Shown here piece after piece: positions 8,334-17,576 of a stretch of 32,000 nucleotides of DNA. A model generated the notes under the pieces. That model was given only the letters and a program-made list of their open reading frames with translations, was not told the DNA's origin and made no database searches. Origin of the DNA: Cereibacter sphaeroides 2.4.1. GTDB taxonomy: Bacteria; Pseudomonadota; Alphaproteobacteria; Rhodobacterales; Rhodobacteraceae. Every line of letters begins with the position of its first letter. Positions within the stretch are counted from its first letter, which is position 1. A program made the translations under genes and the position numbers. The stretch is taken from positions 1,860,001 through 1,892,000 of the forward strand of contig NC_007493.2 of the NCBI RefSeq assembly GCF_000012905.2, in the 5' to 3' direction.

Positions 8334-9206
8334 TCAGCCCCTCCCGCGGGTCTCGAACCGCGGCAGCATCGCCGAAAAGTCGCGCCCGCGCCCGCCCTCC
8401 GCTTCCACGAAGGTCTCATAGAGCGTGGCGGCGAGTTGGCCCATCGGCGTGTCGGCATCCGCATCCTCGGCCGCCTGCTGCGACAGCCGCAGGTCCTTGA
8501 GCATGAGCTCGGCGGCGAAACCCGGCTTGTAGCCATTATCGGCCGGGCTGGTCGGCCCCACCCCCGGCGCCGGGCAATAGGCGTTCATCGACCAGCTGTA
8601 GCCCGACGAGGTCGAGACGACGTCGAACATCTTCTGCCGGTCGAGGCCCAGCTTGTCGGCCAGGGCGAAGGCCTCGCAGGTGGCGATCATGGTAACGCCG
8701 AGGATCATGTTGTTGCAGATCTTGGCCGCCTGCCCCGCGCCCGGGCCGCCGCAATGGACCGCCTTCTGCCCCATGATCTCGAAGAGCGGCTGCACGGTCG
8801 CGAAGGCCGCGTCGCTGCCGCCGACCATGAAGGTCAGGGTGCCCGCCGCTGCCCCGCCGACCCCGCCCGAGACCGGCGCATCGAGCGCGCCGAGCCCCGC
8901 CGCCTCGGCCTCCGCCGCCACCGCGCGCGCACTTTCCACGTCGACCGTCGAGCAGTCGCAGAGCACGGCGCCGGCCGTCATGGCGGGCACGATCTCCTGC
9001 GCCACCTGACGCAGGATCGCGCCGTTGGGCAGCATCGTGACGACGACCTCGGCACCGGTCGCGGCTTGGGCGGCCGACGCCGCCGCCCGCACGCCCTCGG
9101 GCGCGGGGGCGGCCAGATCGAACCCCGTCACCTCGTGCCCGGCCGTGGCGAGGTTGCGCGCCATCGGCCCGCCCATATTGCCCAGCCCGATGAATGCGAT
9201 TTTCAT
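8334..9206 (-). CDS. mmsB: 3-hydroxyisobutyrate dehydrogenase
   Basis: 290 aa from MKIAFIGLGNMGGPMARNL (Rossmann GxGxxG). Also DAPVSGG and GAGQAAKICNNM. The start overlaps the upstream stop (ATGA, 9203-9206). The longer tracked ORF (to 9827) is an out-of-frame shadow of the hydrolase gene. Confidence 0.9.
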   Translation of the reverse strand: MKIAFIGLGNMGGPMARNLATAGHEVTGFDLAAPAPEGVRAAASAAQAATGAEVVVTMLPNGAILRQVAQEIVPAMTAGAVLCDCSTVDVESARAVAAEAEAAGLGALDAPVSGGVGGAAAGTLTFMVGGSDAAFATVQPLFEIMGQKAVHCGGPGAGQAAKICNNMILGVTMIATCEAFALADKLGLDRQKMFDVVSTSSGYSWSMNAYCPAPGVGPTSPADNGYKPGFAAELMLKDLRLSQQAAEDADADTPMGQLAATLYETFVEAEGGRGRDFSAMLPRFETRGRG

Positions 9207-10234
9207 TTGCTTTCCTCCTCGAATGTCAGCGCCTGCGGCCCGAGCGGCGCCAGCAGGGACGCCACCTCCTCCGGCCGCACCGCCTCCGGGTCTCCGTGCC
9301 GCCAGCGGGGGCTGCGGTCCTTGTCGATGATCGCCGCGCGGATCCCTTCGAGGAAGTCCGCCTGCCCCTGCGCGCGGTAGGTGAAACGATATTCCAGATC
9401 GAGCGCCTCGCGGATGCCGGCCGAGGGTCCGAGCCGCTGCAGGATCTCCAGCGTGGCGGCCAGCGCAAGCGGCGAGCTGCGCCGCAGGGCCTTCAGCGCC
9501 TCGGCGGCGAGCGGGGTGTCCGTGGCCTCGAGCCGGGCCGGAATCTCCGCGAGCGTGCCCGCGAAGAGCCGGTCGATCTCGTCCTGAAGCACGGGCAGGC
9601 GTCCCTCGGGCGCCGCATGATCGGGAAGGGCGAGATCCCCGCCCTCGAGTGCCGCGATCAGATCGGGCCAGTCCGCTTCGGGCACGAACCGGTCGGCGAA
9701 GCCTGCGAAGATCGCATCGCCCGGCCCCATCCGCGCGCCCGTCAGGCCGAGCCAGACCCCGATCCGGCCCGGCGCGCGCGCCAGAAGATGCGTGCCCCCC
9801 ACGTCCGGCACGAGGCCGATGGCGCATTCCGGCATGGAGATCTGGCTCGTCTCGCCCACGATCCGGTGGCGCGCGTGACAGCCGAGACCCACGCCGCCCC
9901 CCATGGTGAAGCCCTGCATGAGGCTCACGATCGGCTTCGGAAAGGCCGCGATCCGGTCGTTCATGCGATACTCGACGCGCCAGAAGTCCTGCCCGAAGGC
10001 ATGATCGCCCGCCACGCCCCGGCCGTGGAGCTCGGCGATGTCGCCGCCGGCACAGAAGGCGCGCGGCCCCTCGGCATCGATGACCACGAGCTCGACCTCG
10101 GGATCGCCGATCCAGCCCCGCAGGGCCGCGTCGATCTCCTGCACCATCGCGCAGGTGAGCGCATTGAGCGCCGCAGGCCGGCTCAGCGTGATGCGGCCCG
10201 CGCGGCGGACCTTGCGGATCAGCACGTCGCTCAT
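9203..10234 (-). CDS. Enoyl-CoA hydratase/isomerase-family 3-hydroxyisobutyryl-CoA hydrolase
   Basis: 343 aa. Crotonase-fold motifs ITLSRPAALNAL, FCAGGDI, MGGGVGL. The extended C-terminal region is typical of HIBYL-CoA hydrolases. It sits between an acyl-CoA dehydrogenase and mmsB, with 4-nt overlaps on both sides. Confidence 0.85.
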   Translation of the reverse strand: MSDVLIRKVRRAGRITLSRPAALNALTCAMVQEIDAALRGWIGDPEVELVVIDAEGPRAFCAGGDIAELHGRGVAGDHAFGQDFWRVEYRMNDRIAAFPKPIVSLMQGFTMGGGVGLGCHARHRIVGETSQISMPECAIGLVPDVGGTHLLARAPGRIGVWLGLTGARMGPGDAIFAGFADRFVPEADWPDLIAALEGGDLALPDHAAPEGRLPVLQDEIDRLFAGTLAEIPARLEATDTPLAAEALKALRRSSPLALAATLEILQRLGPSAGIREALDLEYRFTYRAQGQADFLEGIRAAIIDKDRSPRWRHGDPEAVRPEEVASLLAPLGPQALTFEEESK

Positions 10235-11370
10235 GCGGCCCCCAAGGCCCGGGCCACGATCACCCGCATGATCTCGTTGGTGCCTTCGAGAATTTGGTGC
10301 ACGCGCAGGTCGCGCACGATCTTCTCAATGCCGTAATCGGCAAGGTAGCCGTAGCCCCCGTGCAGCTGAAGGCACTGGTTGGCCACCTCGAAGGCCGAAT
10401 CCGTCACCGCGAGTTTGGCCATGGCGCAGAACTTGGTGGCGTCGGGGGCGCCCTGATCGAGCTTCCAGGCCGCCTGCCGCAGGAAGATCCGCGCCTGCTG
10501 GAGCTTCACCTCCATCTCGGCCAGTCGGAACTGCAGCGCCTGAAACCCGTCGAGCCGCTGCCCGAAAGCCTTCCGTTCCGCCATGTAGGCGCGGGTCGCG
10601 TCGAAGGCTGCCTGCGCGCCGCCGAGAGCGGTGGCCGCGATATTGAGCCGTCCGCCGTCGAGCCCCGCCATCGCATAGGCAAAGCCCTGCCCCTCCTCGC
10701 CGACCAGAAGATCCGTCGACACGAGGCACTCGTCGAACTGCACCTGCCGCGTCTCCTGCGCCCGCCAGCCCATCTTGTCCTCGAGCCCGCCGAAACTGAG
10801 GCCGGGGGTTCCCGCCGGCACGAGGAGCGTCGAGATGCCCTTCGGCCCCGCGCCGCCGGTGCGGCACATGGTGAGATAGGCGTCCGAATAGCCGCCTCCG
10901 GAGATGAAGGCCTTGGTCCCGCTCAGCCGGTAGCCTTCTGGGGTGGCGTCGGCGCGGGTGCGGAGCGCCGCCGCGTCCGATCCCGCTCCGGGCTCGGTCA
11001 GGCAGTAGGAGACGAGCGTGGTGAGCGCGCAGATGCCCGGCAGCCAGCGCGCCTTCAGCTCCTCCGAGCCATAGCGGTCGATCATGCCCGCGCACATGTT
11101 GTGGATCGAGAGGAACGCCGCAACCGACGGACAGGCCATGGCCAGCGCCTCGAAGACGAGCGTCGCATCGAGCCGCCCGAGCCCGGATCCTCCATGATCT
11201 TCCGAGACATAGACCCCGCCCAGACCCAGTTCCGCCACCTTGGGCCAGAGCGTGCGGGGGATCGTCCCCGCCTCTTCCCAGGCCCGCGCATGGGGGGCGA
11301 TCTCCTCGGCCCCGAACGCGCGTGCCATGTCGAAGATCGCCTGTTGCTCCTCGCTCAGCGCGAAATCCAT
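10231..11370 (-). CDS. Acyl-CoA dehydrogenase (isobutyryl-CoA dehydrogenase-like)
   Basis: 379 aa. ACAD motifs YCLTEPGAGSD, QLHGGYGY, and a C-terminal EGTNEIMRVIVAR. The valine-catabolism context supports the substrate guess, which remains inference. Confidence 0.9.
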   Translation of the reverse strand: MDFALSEEQQAIFDMARAFGAEEIAPHARAWEEAGTIPRTLWPKVAELGLGGVYVSEDHGGSGLGRLDATLVFEALAMACPSVAAFLSIHNMCAGMIDRYGSEELKARWLPGICALTTLVSYCLTEPGAGSDAAALRTRADATPEGYRLSGTKAFISGGGYSDAYLTMCRTGGAGPKGISTLLVPAGTPGLSFGGLEDKMGWRAQETRQVQFDECLVSTDLLVGEEGQGFAYAMAGLDGGRLNIAATALGGAQAAFDATRAYMAERKAFGQRLDGFQALQFRLAEMEVKLQQARIFLRQAAWKLDQGAPDATKFCAMAKLAVTDSAFEVANQCLQLHGGYGYLADYGIEKIVRDLRVHQILEGTNEIMRVIVARALGAA

Positions 11371-11493
11371 CCTGCCTCCCCAGCTGTCCCCGGACGCGAG
11401 GTTATCAGCCGGCGGTCCCGTGTAAAGCGAACAGGACGCAACGTAATTTGGCGGCCGTCTGGGAAGGCGGAGGCTGGTGCCGGCAGGCGCCCC

Positions 11494-11787
11494 TCAGTTG
11501 GCGTAGCACCGGGACCCGCGGCCGAAGCCTGCGGGGGAGCAGATCCACGAGCCGTTGCCGATCTGGCGCCGGGTGCGGACGTCCTCGGTTCGGGCGCCGT
11601 CGGTTCGGACCGAGGCCCGCGTCACTGCAGGCGGCGTCAGCCAGTTGAACGTGCCTGCGCTTTGGGTGTGGACCGTGCCGCGGCTCGCCGAGGCGCGGGC
11701 GGTTTCGTTCGAGGCTTCCGCGATCTGCGGCACGGACAGAAGCAGCGTCACGCCCAGTCCGGCGAAAAGTCTGCGAGCAGGCACCAT
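11494..11787 (-). CDS. Small secreted hypothetical protein (signal peptide, two C-terminal Cys)
   Basis: 97 aa from MVPARRLFAGLGVTLLLSVPQIAEA|SNE. GAAGGAGA lies 7 nt before this ATG, and the tracked start at 11811 has no SD. The mature part ends WICSPAGFGRGSRCYAN. No family recognised. Confidence 0.55.
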   Translation of the reverse strand: MVPARRLFAGLGVTLLLSVPQIAEASNETARASASRGTVHTQSAGTFNWLTPPAVTRASVRTDGARTEDVRTRRQIGNGSWICSPAGFGRGSRCYAN

Positions 11788-11825
11788 GATCGGATCTCCT
11801 TCGCTTGACACGAAAGAAATCGGTC

Positions 11826-11846
11826 AGGTTGAGGAAATTTCAACCT
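11826..11846. promoter_or_regulatory. Inverted repeat AGGTTGA-N7-TCAACCT upstream of the small secreted-protein gene
   Basis: Perfect 7-bp arms, located 39-59 nt upstream of the 11787 start in an AT-richer patch. It could be an operator, or a weak terminator for the upstream GH gene. Confidence 0.3.
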
Positions 11847-11994
11847 TCACAACCGAAGATCATCGCGCCGGTATCTTATCACTACCGGCAGTTCTGGGCG
11901 TCGATCACGCCCGCAGATGGGCCCGAAGATGGCCTCTTTCGGGCGGGTCGTCTCGAATTGATGCATTCCGAAGGTCAGGATGCCGCAGGTGCGG

Positions 11995-12903
11995 CTAGTC
12001 CGTGACCCGGAACTGAAGCCTCCAGTCCGGCAGGCCGAAGCCGTGCGGCCAGGCATAAACCTCCTTCTGATCGTAATAGACGACACCCACGAGGTTCGGG
12101 TAGCTGCCCTCGGGCTGGCGCAGGGCTGCGTCCCACGACGCGACATAATCGGCGCTGCCCGACATGCCGAGCTCGGCCACGACGACCGGCTTGCCGAACT
12201 GCGCGGCGCGCTGATAGCGCGGACCCATCACCTCGGTGTAGCTGCGGTCGCGGCCCACCTCGAACCGGTCGTTCGCCTGCAGGCCGAAGACCGAGATCCC
12301 CACCAGATCCACATAGTCGTCGCCCGGATAATAGGCCTCGAGCCCCTCTTCGCCGGCGGGCGACCACATGATGCGCACGTTCGGCGCCGAGGCGCGGCAG
12401 ACATCGGTCATGTGCCGGAAGGCCGAGATGTAATCCTCAGGATCCCAGCCAGACCAGATGAACTGGCCGTCGCTGTTTTCCATCTCGTGTGCCCAGCGCA
12501 GCGTGACCGGGCTCTGGAGCGTCGCCAGCACGTCGCACACCGCCTTCATGTTGGCGTCATAGGCGCCGCGGCGGATGCCCTCGCGCAGGGCCTCGGCCGT
12601 GTTCCGTTCGGAGCGGGTCCAGGTCCAGGGCTCGAGGGTCACGATCAGCGCGCGGTTGCGGGCGCGCGCATAGGCGTCCGCATCGACCAGCGAAGGCAGA
12701 TAGACGTCTTCCCACGGAAGGAAGAGATGCTCGATCACCAGATCGCCGTCGTCGCGATAGTCGCCGCCCGGATCGTAGGCGCCATAGGGCAGGTCGCCGG
12801 GCGGCGCCGCCAGCGCCCCCGAGACAGCGCCGCAGAGGCCGATCGCCGCCCCGAGGGCCGCGATGCGCAGGATCTGCCTTCCCGTCCGATTCATGCTCGT
12901 CAT
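11995..12903 (-). CDS. Secreted glycoside hydrolase, GH26-like (clan GH-A), ApsH-like by context
   Basis: 302 aa from MTSMNRTGRQILRIAALGAAIGLCGAVSGALAAP (signal peptide). AAGAGG lies before this ATG. RWAHEMENSDGQFIWSGW resembles the GH26 acid/base region, and VVVAELG is a plausible nucleophile strand. It starts 5 nt after the synthase stop. Confidence 0.75.
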   Translation of the reverse strand: MTSMNRTGRQILRIAALGAAIGLCGAVSGALAAPPGDLPYGAYDPGGDYRDDGDLVIEHLFLPWEDVYLPSLVDADAYARARNRALIVTLEPWTWTRSERNTAEALREGIRRGAYDANMKAVCDVLATLQSPVTLRWAHEMENSDGQFIWSGWDPEDYISAFRHMTDVCRASAPNVRIMWSPAGEEGLEAYYPGDDYVDLVGISVFGLQANDRFEVGRDRSYTEVMGPRYQRAAQFGKPVVVAELGMSGSADYVASWDAALRQPEGSYPNLVGVVYYDQKEVYAWPHGFGLPDWRLQFRVTD

Positions 12904-12907
12904 CCTC

Positions 12908-14791
12908 TTACCCCTGCCCCCCGAAGAGGGGGCCGCTGTTCCAGTCCGGCGCGAAGCGGAACCGCACCTGCGGCACCGTTCCGCTGCCCGCGCCCGACAC
13001 GACATATTCCGCCCGCGTGATCCGCAGCGGCTCGAGCCCGAAGGCCAGCGCCGCGAGGCTTTCCGTCCCCCGGCTGAGCCCGCCCGCGATCACCAGCGCA
13101 AAGAGCGCAGCCACCGCCGTGCCCTGCAGCGCCAGATCCCCCAGCTGATCGCGCCAGAAGGCGCCGATCTGCCGCAGATGGTGCCAGACCATCACGAGGA
13201 CGAGGCTGCCGTAGAGGATGGCGTTCAGCAGCGTGAGCAAGAGGAAGCCCCGCGCCTCGGCCAGCTCGTCGGCCAGAAACACCGGCAGCACGCAGCCCGC
13301 CGCCAGCGCCACATAGATCGCGATGATCTTGGGCGGGATGCGGCGGCTTGCCGCCGAACCCTTGGGCGTGATGCGGAAATCGACGAAGCGCCCGGTCACG
13401 CGGTCGCGCACCGCCATGGCGCAGCCCCAGAGCACCCACGGCCATTGCAGCGCCAGAAACAGCGCCTTCTCCCACGAGAAGACCGGCGCATCCACAGGCC
13501 GGCAGAAGCCGTCGTGCCGCAGAAGCCAGGCGAAGGCGGTGAGGGCCGTCACGGCAGGCAGCGCATGGAAGACGAAGCCCGGATAGGTGACATCGGCGAA
13601 GCGCATGTCGAAGAGCAGCGCCAGCGCCGGCGCCAGATACATCATCAGCATGACCAGCGCGAAGAGCGGATACCAGAGCTGGCAGACGATGAAGAGGAAC
13701 TTCAGCCGCCCCGGCAGCCGGCCCAGATAGCGCGGCGTGTGCGACAGGAGCAGCGTGAGCAGGCTCCGCGACCACTGGAATTCCTGCGTGGCAAGGTCGG
13801 CCACATTGGCGGGCCCGTCGCCATAGGCGATGGCGTCGATCGCATGGACGCCGCGCCAGCCGCCCGCGGCCAGCAGCATCGAGGTCGAATGGTCCTCGGC
13901 AAGCTCCGGCCCGAGGCCGCCCACCTCGCGGAGCGCCCGCGTCCGCACCGCATAATGCGAGCCGATGCACATGGGCGTCAGCGCCCCGGCATAGCCGGTC
14001 TGGAAGGCGCCGTGGAAGGCCGCCTCGGTGTGGAGCCGCGTGCGGGCAGCCCAGCTCTCGGAGGCATTGGCCGCGCAGATGCTGGGGGCGCTGACATAGC
14101 CCACCTTCGGATCGGCGAAGGGGCGCAGGATCTCGCGCAGATAGCCCGGCTGGGGCATGTGATCCGCGTCGAGCTGCGAGACGATGTCATAGTCCCGGTA
14201 GCCCCAGTGGTCGTAGAAGAAGGCGAGGTTGCCCTCCTTGCAGCGCGTGCGCCGCGGCCAGACCGGCCGGTGATAGTCCGCACGGCCCTTCCGGCACGAG
14301 ATCTTCACCCCGTGCGCCGCGCACCAGGCGGCGGTCTCGGGCGAGGGATCCTCGTCGGCAAGCCAGGTGTCGTGGGGATAATCCTGCGCCAGCATCGCCT
14401 CGAGCGTGCGGCGGACCACCTCGAACGGCTCCGAGGGGGTCTTTGTCACGATCATGGCCACGCGCCAGCGTCCGGGCACCGGGTCGGGCGCGGCGGAGCG
14501 GTGCGACTGGAACAGGATCACGACGAAATAGAGCTGCAGCGCGCTCAGCCACAAAAGCGGGATGGTGACGAGGAGGAACCCGCCCCAGCCGATGAAATGG
14601 GCGGGATCGAGCCACCAGGACCAGAAGAAGACGAGGCCCGCCGCCCAGAGGACCGTCACCGCCGCGTAGCGCGCCCGTTGCCGTCCGTTCATCAGCGGAG
14701 TGCGGAAGGGTGCGGCGGTCGCAGCGACCCTCAGGCGGGCCTGCCGTTTCAGCCGGGCGCGGGCGCGCCGCGCATCATGCCGCTTCGACAT
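12908..14791 (-). CDS. Processive family-2 glycosyltransferase, cellulose-synthase-like polysaccharide synthase (ApsS-like)
   Basis: 627 aa. N-terminal TMs, a GT2 core with LADEDP, QLDADH (DxD), AEDHSTS (TED-like) and QEFQWSRS (QxxRW), then multiple C-terminal TMs. I see no PilZ RxxxR / DxSxxG motif. GGAG lies 7 nt before the ATG at 14791, and the start overlaps the epimerase 3' end by 17 nt. Confidence 0.85.
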   Translation of the reverse strand: MSKRHDARRARARLKRQARLRVAATAAPFRTPLMNGRQRARYAAVTVLWAAGLVFFWSWWLDPAHFIGWGGFLLVTIPLLWLSALQLYFVVILFQSHRSAAPDPVPGRWRVAMIVTKTPSEPFEVVRRTLEAMLAQDYPHDTWLADEDPSPETAAWCAAHGVKISCRKGRADYHRPVWPRRTRCKEGNLAFFYDHWGYRDYDIVSQLDADHMPQPGYLREILRPFADPKVGYVSAPSICAANASESWAARTRLHTEAAFHGAFQTGYAGALTPMCIGSHYAVRTRALREVGGLGPELAEDHSTSMLLAAGGWRGVHAIDAIAYGDGPANVADLATQEFQWSRSLLTLLLSHTPRYLGRLPGRLKFLFIVCQLWYPLFALVMLMMYLAPALALLFDMRFADVTYPGFVFHALPAVTALTAFAWLLRHDGFCRPVDAPVFSWEKALFLALQWPWVLWGCAMAVRDRVTGRFVDFRITPKGSAASRRIPPKIIAIYVALAAGCVLPVFLADELAEARGFLLLTLLNAILYGSLVLVMVWHHLRQIGAFWRDQLGDLALQGTAVAALFALVIAGGLSRGTESLAALAFGLEPLRITRAEYVVSGAGSGTVPQVRFRFAPDWNSGPLFGGQG

Positions 14792-15767
14792 GGGCGGGCT
14801 CCAGTCCGAACCAGGGCGCGGCGTGGCGCACGATGGATCCGATATCCGACAATTGCGTGCGGAAGCCGAGTTCGGACGCCGCCAGCGCGGGGTCGGCCAC
14901 CAACTCTGCCGGGTCGCCCGGGCGCCGCGCCTCGAGCCGGACCGGCACCGCGCGCCCTGTGATCCGCTCGATCGCGGCCACGATCTCGCGCACCGACTGG
15001 CCGCGGCCCGTGCCGAGGTTCACCGCAAGGCTCTCGCCGCCCGCCATCAGCCGGCCGAGTGCCAGCACATGGGCGCGGGCCAGATCCGCCACATGGATAT
15101 AGTCGCGGATGCAGGTGCCGTCGGGCGTCGGATAATCGGTGCCGAAGATCGAGAGCGGCCCGCCCTGCCCCGAGGCCGCGCGCAGCGCGAGCGGCAGGAG
15201 GTGCGTCTCGGGATCGTGCCGTTCGCCGAGCTCGCCTTCCGGGTCGGCGCCGGCCGCATTGAAGTAGCGCAGCGCCACATGGCGCATCCCCTCGACGCCG
15301 AGATCGCGCAGGATCTCTTCGCCGATGAGCTTGGTGCGGCCATAGGGATTGATCGGCCGCTGCGGCGTCGTCTCGCGGATCGGCAGCCGGTCGGGCGTCC
15401 CGTAGGTCGCGCAGCTCGAGGAGAAGACGATGCGCGAGACGCCCGCGGCGCGGCAGCCCTGCACGAGGCCGATCATGCCGCCCACATTGTTGTCGTAATA
15501 TTTCGCCGGGTCCGCCATGGACTCGCCCACATAGGCCGAGGCCGCGAAATGGATCACCGCCTTCGCACCATGGGCGCGCAGCGCGGCCTCGACCGCATTC
15601 GGATCGCGCACGTCGCCCTGCACCAGCGGGCCGAAGCGCACGGCATCGGCGTGGCCCGTCGAGAGATTGTCGAAGCTCACCGGGCGATGGCCCGCGCGCG
15701 CCAGCGCCTTGCAGGTGTGCGAGCCGATGAAGCCCGCCCCACCCGTCACCAGAATCGTGTCAGGCAT
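14775..15767 (-). CDS. galE: NAD-dependent UDP-sugar 4-epimerase (GalE family; may act as a UDP-xylose 4-epimerase, Uxe, given its neighbour)
   Basis: 330 aa. VTGGAGFIGSH, SSSCATYG, YGRTK (S-Y-K triad). The start overlaps the uxs stop (ATGCCTGA, 15760-15767). Confidence 0.88.
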   Translation of the reverse strand: MPDTILVTGGAGFIGSHTCKALARAGHRPVSFDNLSTGHADAVRFGPLVQGDVRDPNAVEAALRAHGAKAVIHFAASAYVGESMADPAKYYDNNVGGMIGLVQGCRAAGVSRIVFSSSCATYGTPDRLPIRETTPQRPINPYGRTKLIGEEILRDLGVEGMRHVALRYFNAAGADPEGELGERHDPETHLLPLALRAASGQGGPLSIFGTDYPTPDGTCIRDYIHVADLARAHVLALGRLMAGGESLAVNLGTGRGQSVREIVAAIERITGRAVPVRLEARRPGDPAELVADPALAASELGFRTQLSDIGSIVRHAAPWFGLEPAHVEAA

Positions 15768-16797
15768 GGACCAGCAGAGCCTCGCGCGCCCGGACGACCT
15801 GAGGTTCGCCCGCGAAATGCCGGATGGTCCGGGCGATGCCTTCGGCCAGCGGCACCGTCGGCGCCCAGCCGAGGAGCCGCGCCGCCTGCGCGATGTCGGG
15901 CCGGCGCTGGCGCGGATCGTCGACCGGCAGCGGCCGATGGACCAGCCGCGAGGAAGAGCCGGTCTGAGTCAGCACCATCTCGGCCAGCTCGCGCATGGTG
16001 AACTCGCCCGGATTGCCGAGGTTGACCGGCTCGCTCACCTCCGACGCCATCAGCGCCATCAGTCCGGCCACCAGATCGTCCACATAGCAGAAGGAGCGCG
16101 TCTGCATCCCGTCGCCATAGAGGGTGATGTCGCTGCGGGTCAGCGCCTGGACGATGAAGTTCGACACGACCCGGCCGTCCTCGGGGCTCATCCGCGGCCC
16201 GTAGGTGTTGAAGATCCGCGCGATCCGCACCTCGAGGCCCTGATGGGCGCCGAACTCCCAGAACAGGGTCTCGGCCGCGCGTTTGCCCTCGTCGTAGCAG
16301 GCCCGCGGGCCCACCGTATTGACGCAGCCGCGGTAGCCCTCGTGCTGGGGCGAGATCTCGGGATCGCCATAGACCTCGGAGGTCGAGGCCTGGAGGATGC
16401 GCGCGCCCGTGGCCCGCGCCAGCGCGAGCAGGTTCAGCACGCCCTCGGTGCAGGTGCGGAACGTATGGATCGGATCGCGCTGGTAGAGCGGCGGAGAGGC
16501 CGCGCAGGCAAGGTTGTAGATCTCGTCCAGCGGCCCCTGCCAGTCGATCCGGTTCAGGATGTCCTGCTCGAGAAAGCGGAATTGGGGATGATCGAGCAGC
16601 CCAGCGACATTCTCTTTGCGGCCGGTCAGAAGATTATCGAGACAGACGACGGAATGGCCCTCGGCAATCAGCCGCTCGCAAAGATGAGAGCCAACAAAAC
16701 CGGCTCCTCCCGTGACGAGAATGACCTTCCGGCGATGGAAACGAGGCATAAAAGAATCATGACCGGTCACATCGACCGGAATAAGGCTTCCGTCCAT
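15760..16797 (-). CDS. uxs: UDP-glucuronate decarboxylase (UDP-xylose synthase)
   Basis: 345 aa. VTGGAGFVGSHLCERL, QASTSEVYGDP, YDEGKR, RIFNTYGPRM, DGMQTRSFCYVDDLV all match the UXS family closely. GGAG lies 8 nt before ATG 16797. An alternative Met is at 16749. Confidence 0.9.
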   Translation of the reverse strand: MDGSLIPVDVTGHDSFMPRFHRRKVILVTGGAGFVGSHLCERLIAEGHSVVCLDNLLTGRKENVAGLLDHPQFRFLEQDILNRIDWQGPLDEIYNLACAASPPLYQRDPIHTFRTCTEGVLNLLALARATGARILQASTSEVYGDPEISPQHEGYRGCVNTVGPRACYDEGKRAAETLFWEFGAHQGLEVRIARIFNTYGPRMSPEDGRVVSNFIVQALTRSDITLYGDGMQTRSFCYVDDLVAGLMALMASEVSEPVNLGNPGEFTMRELAEMVLTQTGSSSRLVHRPLPVDDPRQRRPDIAQAARLLGWAPTVPLAEGIARTIRHFAGEPQVVRAREALLVHA

Positions 16798-16950
16798 TTA
16801 CGAAACTCCGATCGGGCACGCCCGGCGAAATAACCGGTCGTGATGCCACCGTGGCATCTGCTTCACTGATTGAAGCCCTGGCGATGCTGTTCTTGTGTCG
16901 GGGTGCAGCTTCTTTCGGGGCGGCGTCTACTTACTTTCGAATTTGAACCC

Positions 16951-16980
16951 ATTCTTAAGAATGTGCCGATTTCCTGTCAA
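16951..16980 (-). promoter_or_regulatory. Candidate sigma70-type promoter of the uxs operon, with a 12-bp palindrome over the -10
   Basis: Minus strand reads TTGACA (16980-16975), an 18-nt spacer, then AAGAAT (16956-16951). The perfect palindrome ATTCTTAAGAAT (16951-16962) covers the -10. It lies about 150 nt upstream of the uxs ATG inside the AT-rich island. This is a sequence match only. Confidence 0.3.
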
Positions 16981-17576
16981 CAAGCAGCCCCTAGCCCAAT
17001 TAGACAGGTTTACCCTCCAACGAGACTGGCGCCCTATCCCTTTTTATATCTCAGGTTGATCTGTTTTTGGTAATTGATCCCGGCGATAGAAAATCCGGTG
17101 TCGGCGCGATAAAATCACCGGCGACTCGACCTCGTTAGTCATCGGAGCGGAAACGGGAATCTTCCACTTCCGAAACAGTGGCGCGAGAAAGAGAGGATCG
17201 GGCCCTCCCCTGTGTCGCTGCGCGCAGGGTGTGGACGCGGCCGCACGGCGCCAGACCGCGGTGCTTCGTCGCAGTCCGCGCGAGTGCTCTTGGCCGGCGT
17301 CCCGCGGCTCCGAGGCCGCAGGGCAGCCATCTCCCCTTCCCGCCCCTCGAAGCCGAAGCTCACGCCCGCTGCGCGGGCCGCACGCGTCTCGCGCGCCGTC
17401 GCATCGAGACCCTCGACGGAGGGCCATAAACCGCCCGGTCGCTGGGCAGACCCGGCCCGCCCCCGCCGATTTTTGCGGCGGCCCCGCGCGGGCACGGCTT
17501 GCGCCGCCCTTCCGCGCTTCGCCCGAACTTCTCGCGACGGTCCTGCACCGATGGCGCGCGCCTGCGCCCGAAGCAA

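Noticed and set aside
7253-8536. 427-aa minus-strand ORF and the overlapping plus-strand ORFs 7456..8421 and 8220..9380
   Set aside because: They are Arg/Gly/Ala-rich and span an intergenic region, a terminator and parts of two real genes in the wrong frames.
10294-11808. 504-aa plus-strand ORF
   Set aside because: It lies antisense to the acyl-CoA dehydrogenase gene and reads through the small secreted-protein gene. Its composition is low-complexity.
12863-14962. 699-aa plus-strand ORF across the synthase region
   Set aside because: It lies antisense to a GT2 synthase with clear catalytic motifs. Its product is Arg/Pro/Gly/Ala-rich with no motifs, which is the typical shadow ORF of GC-rich DNA.
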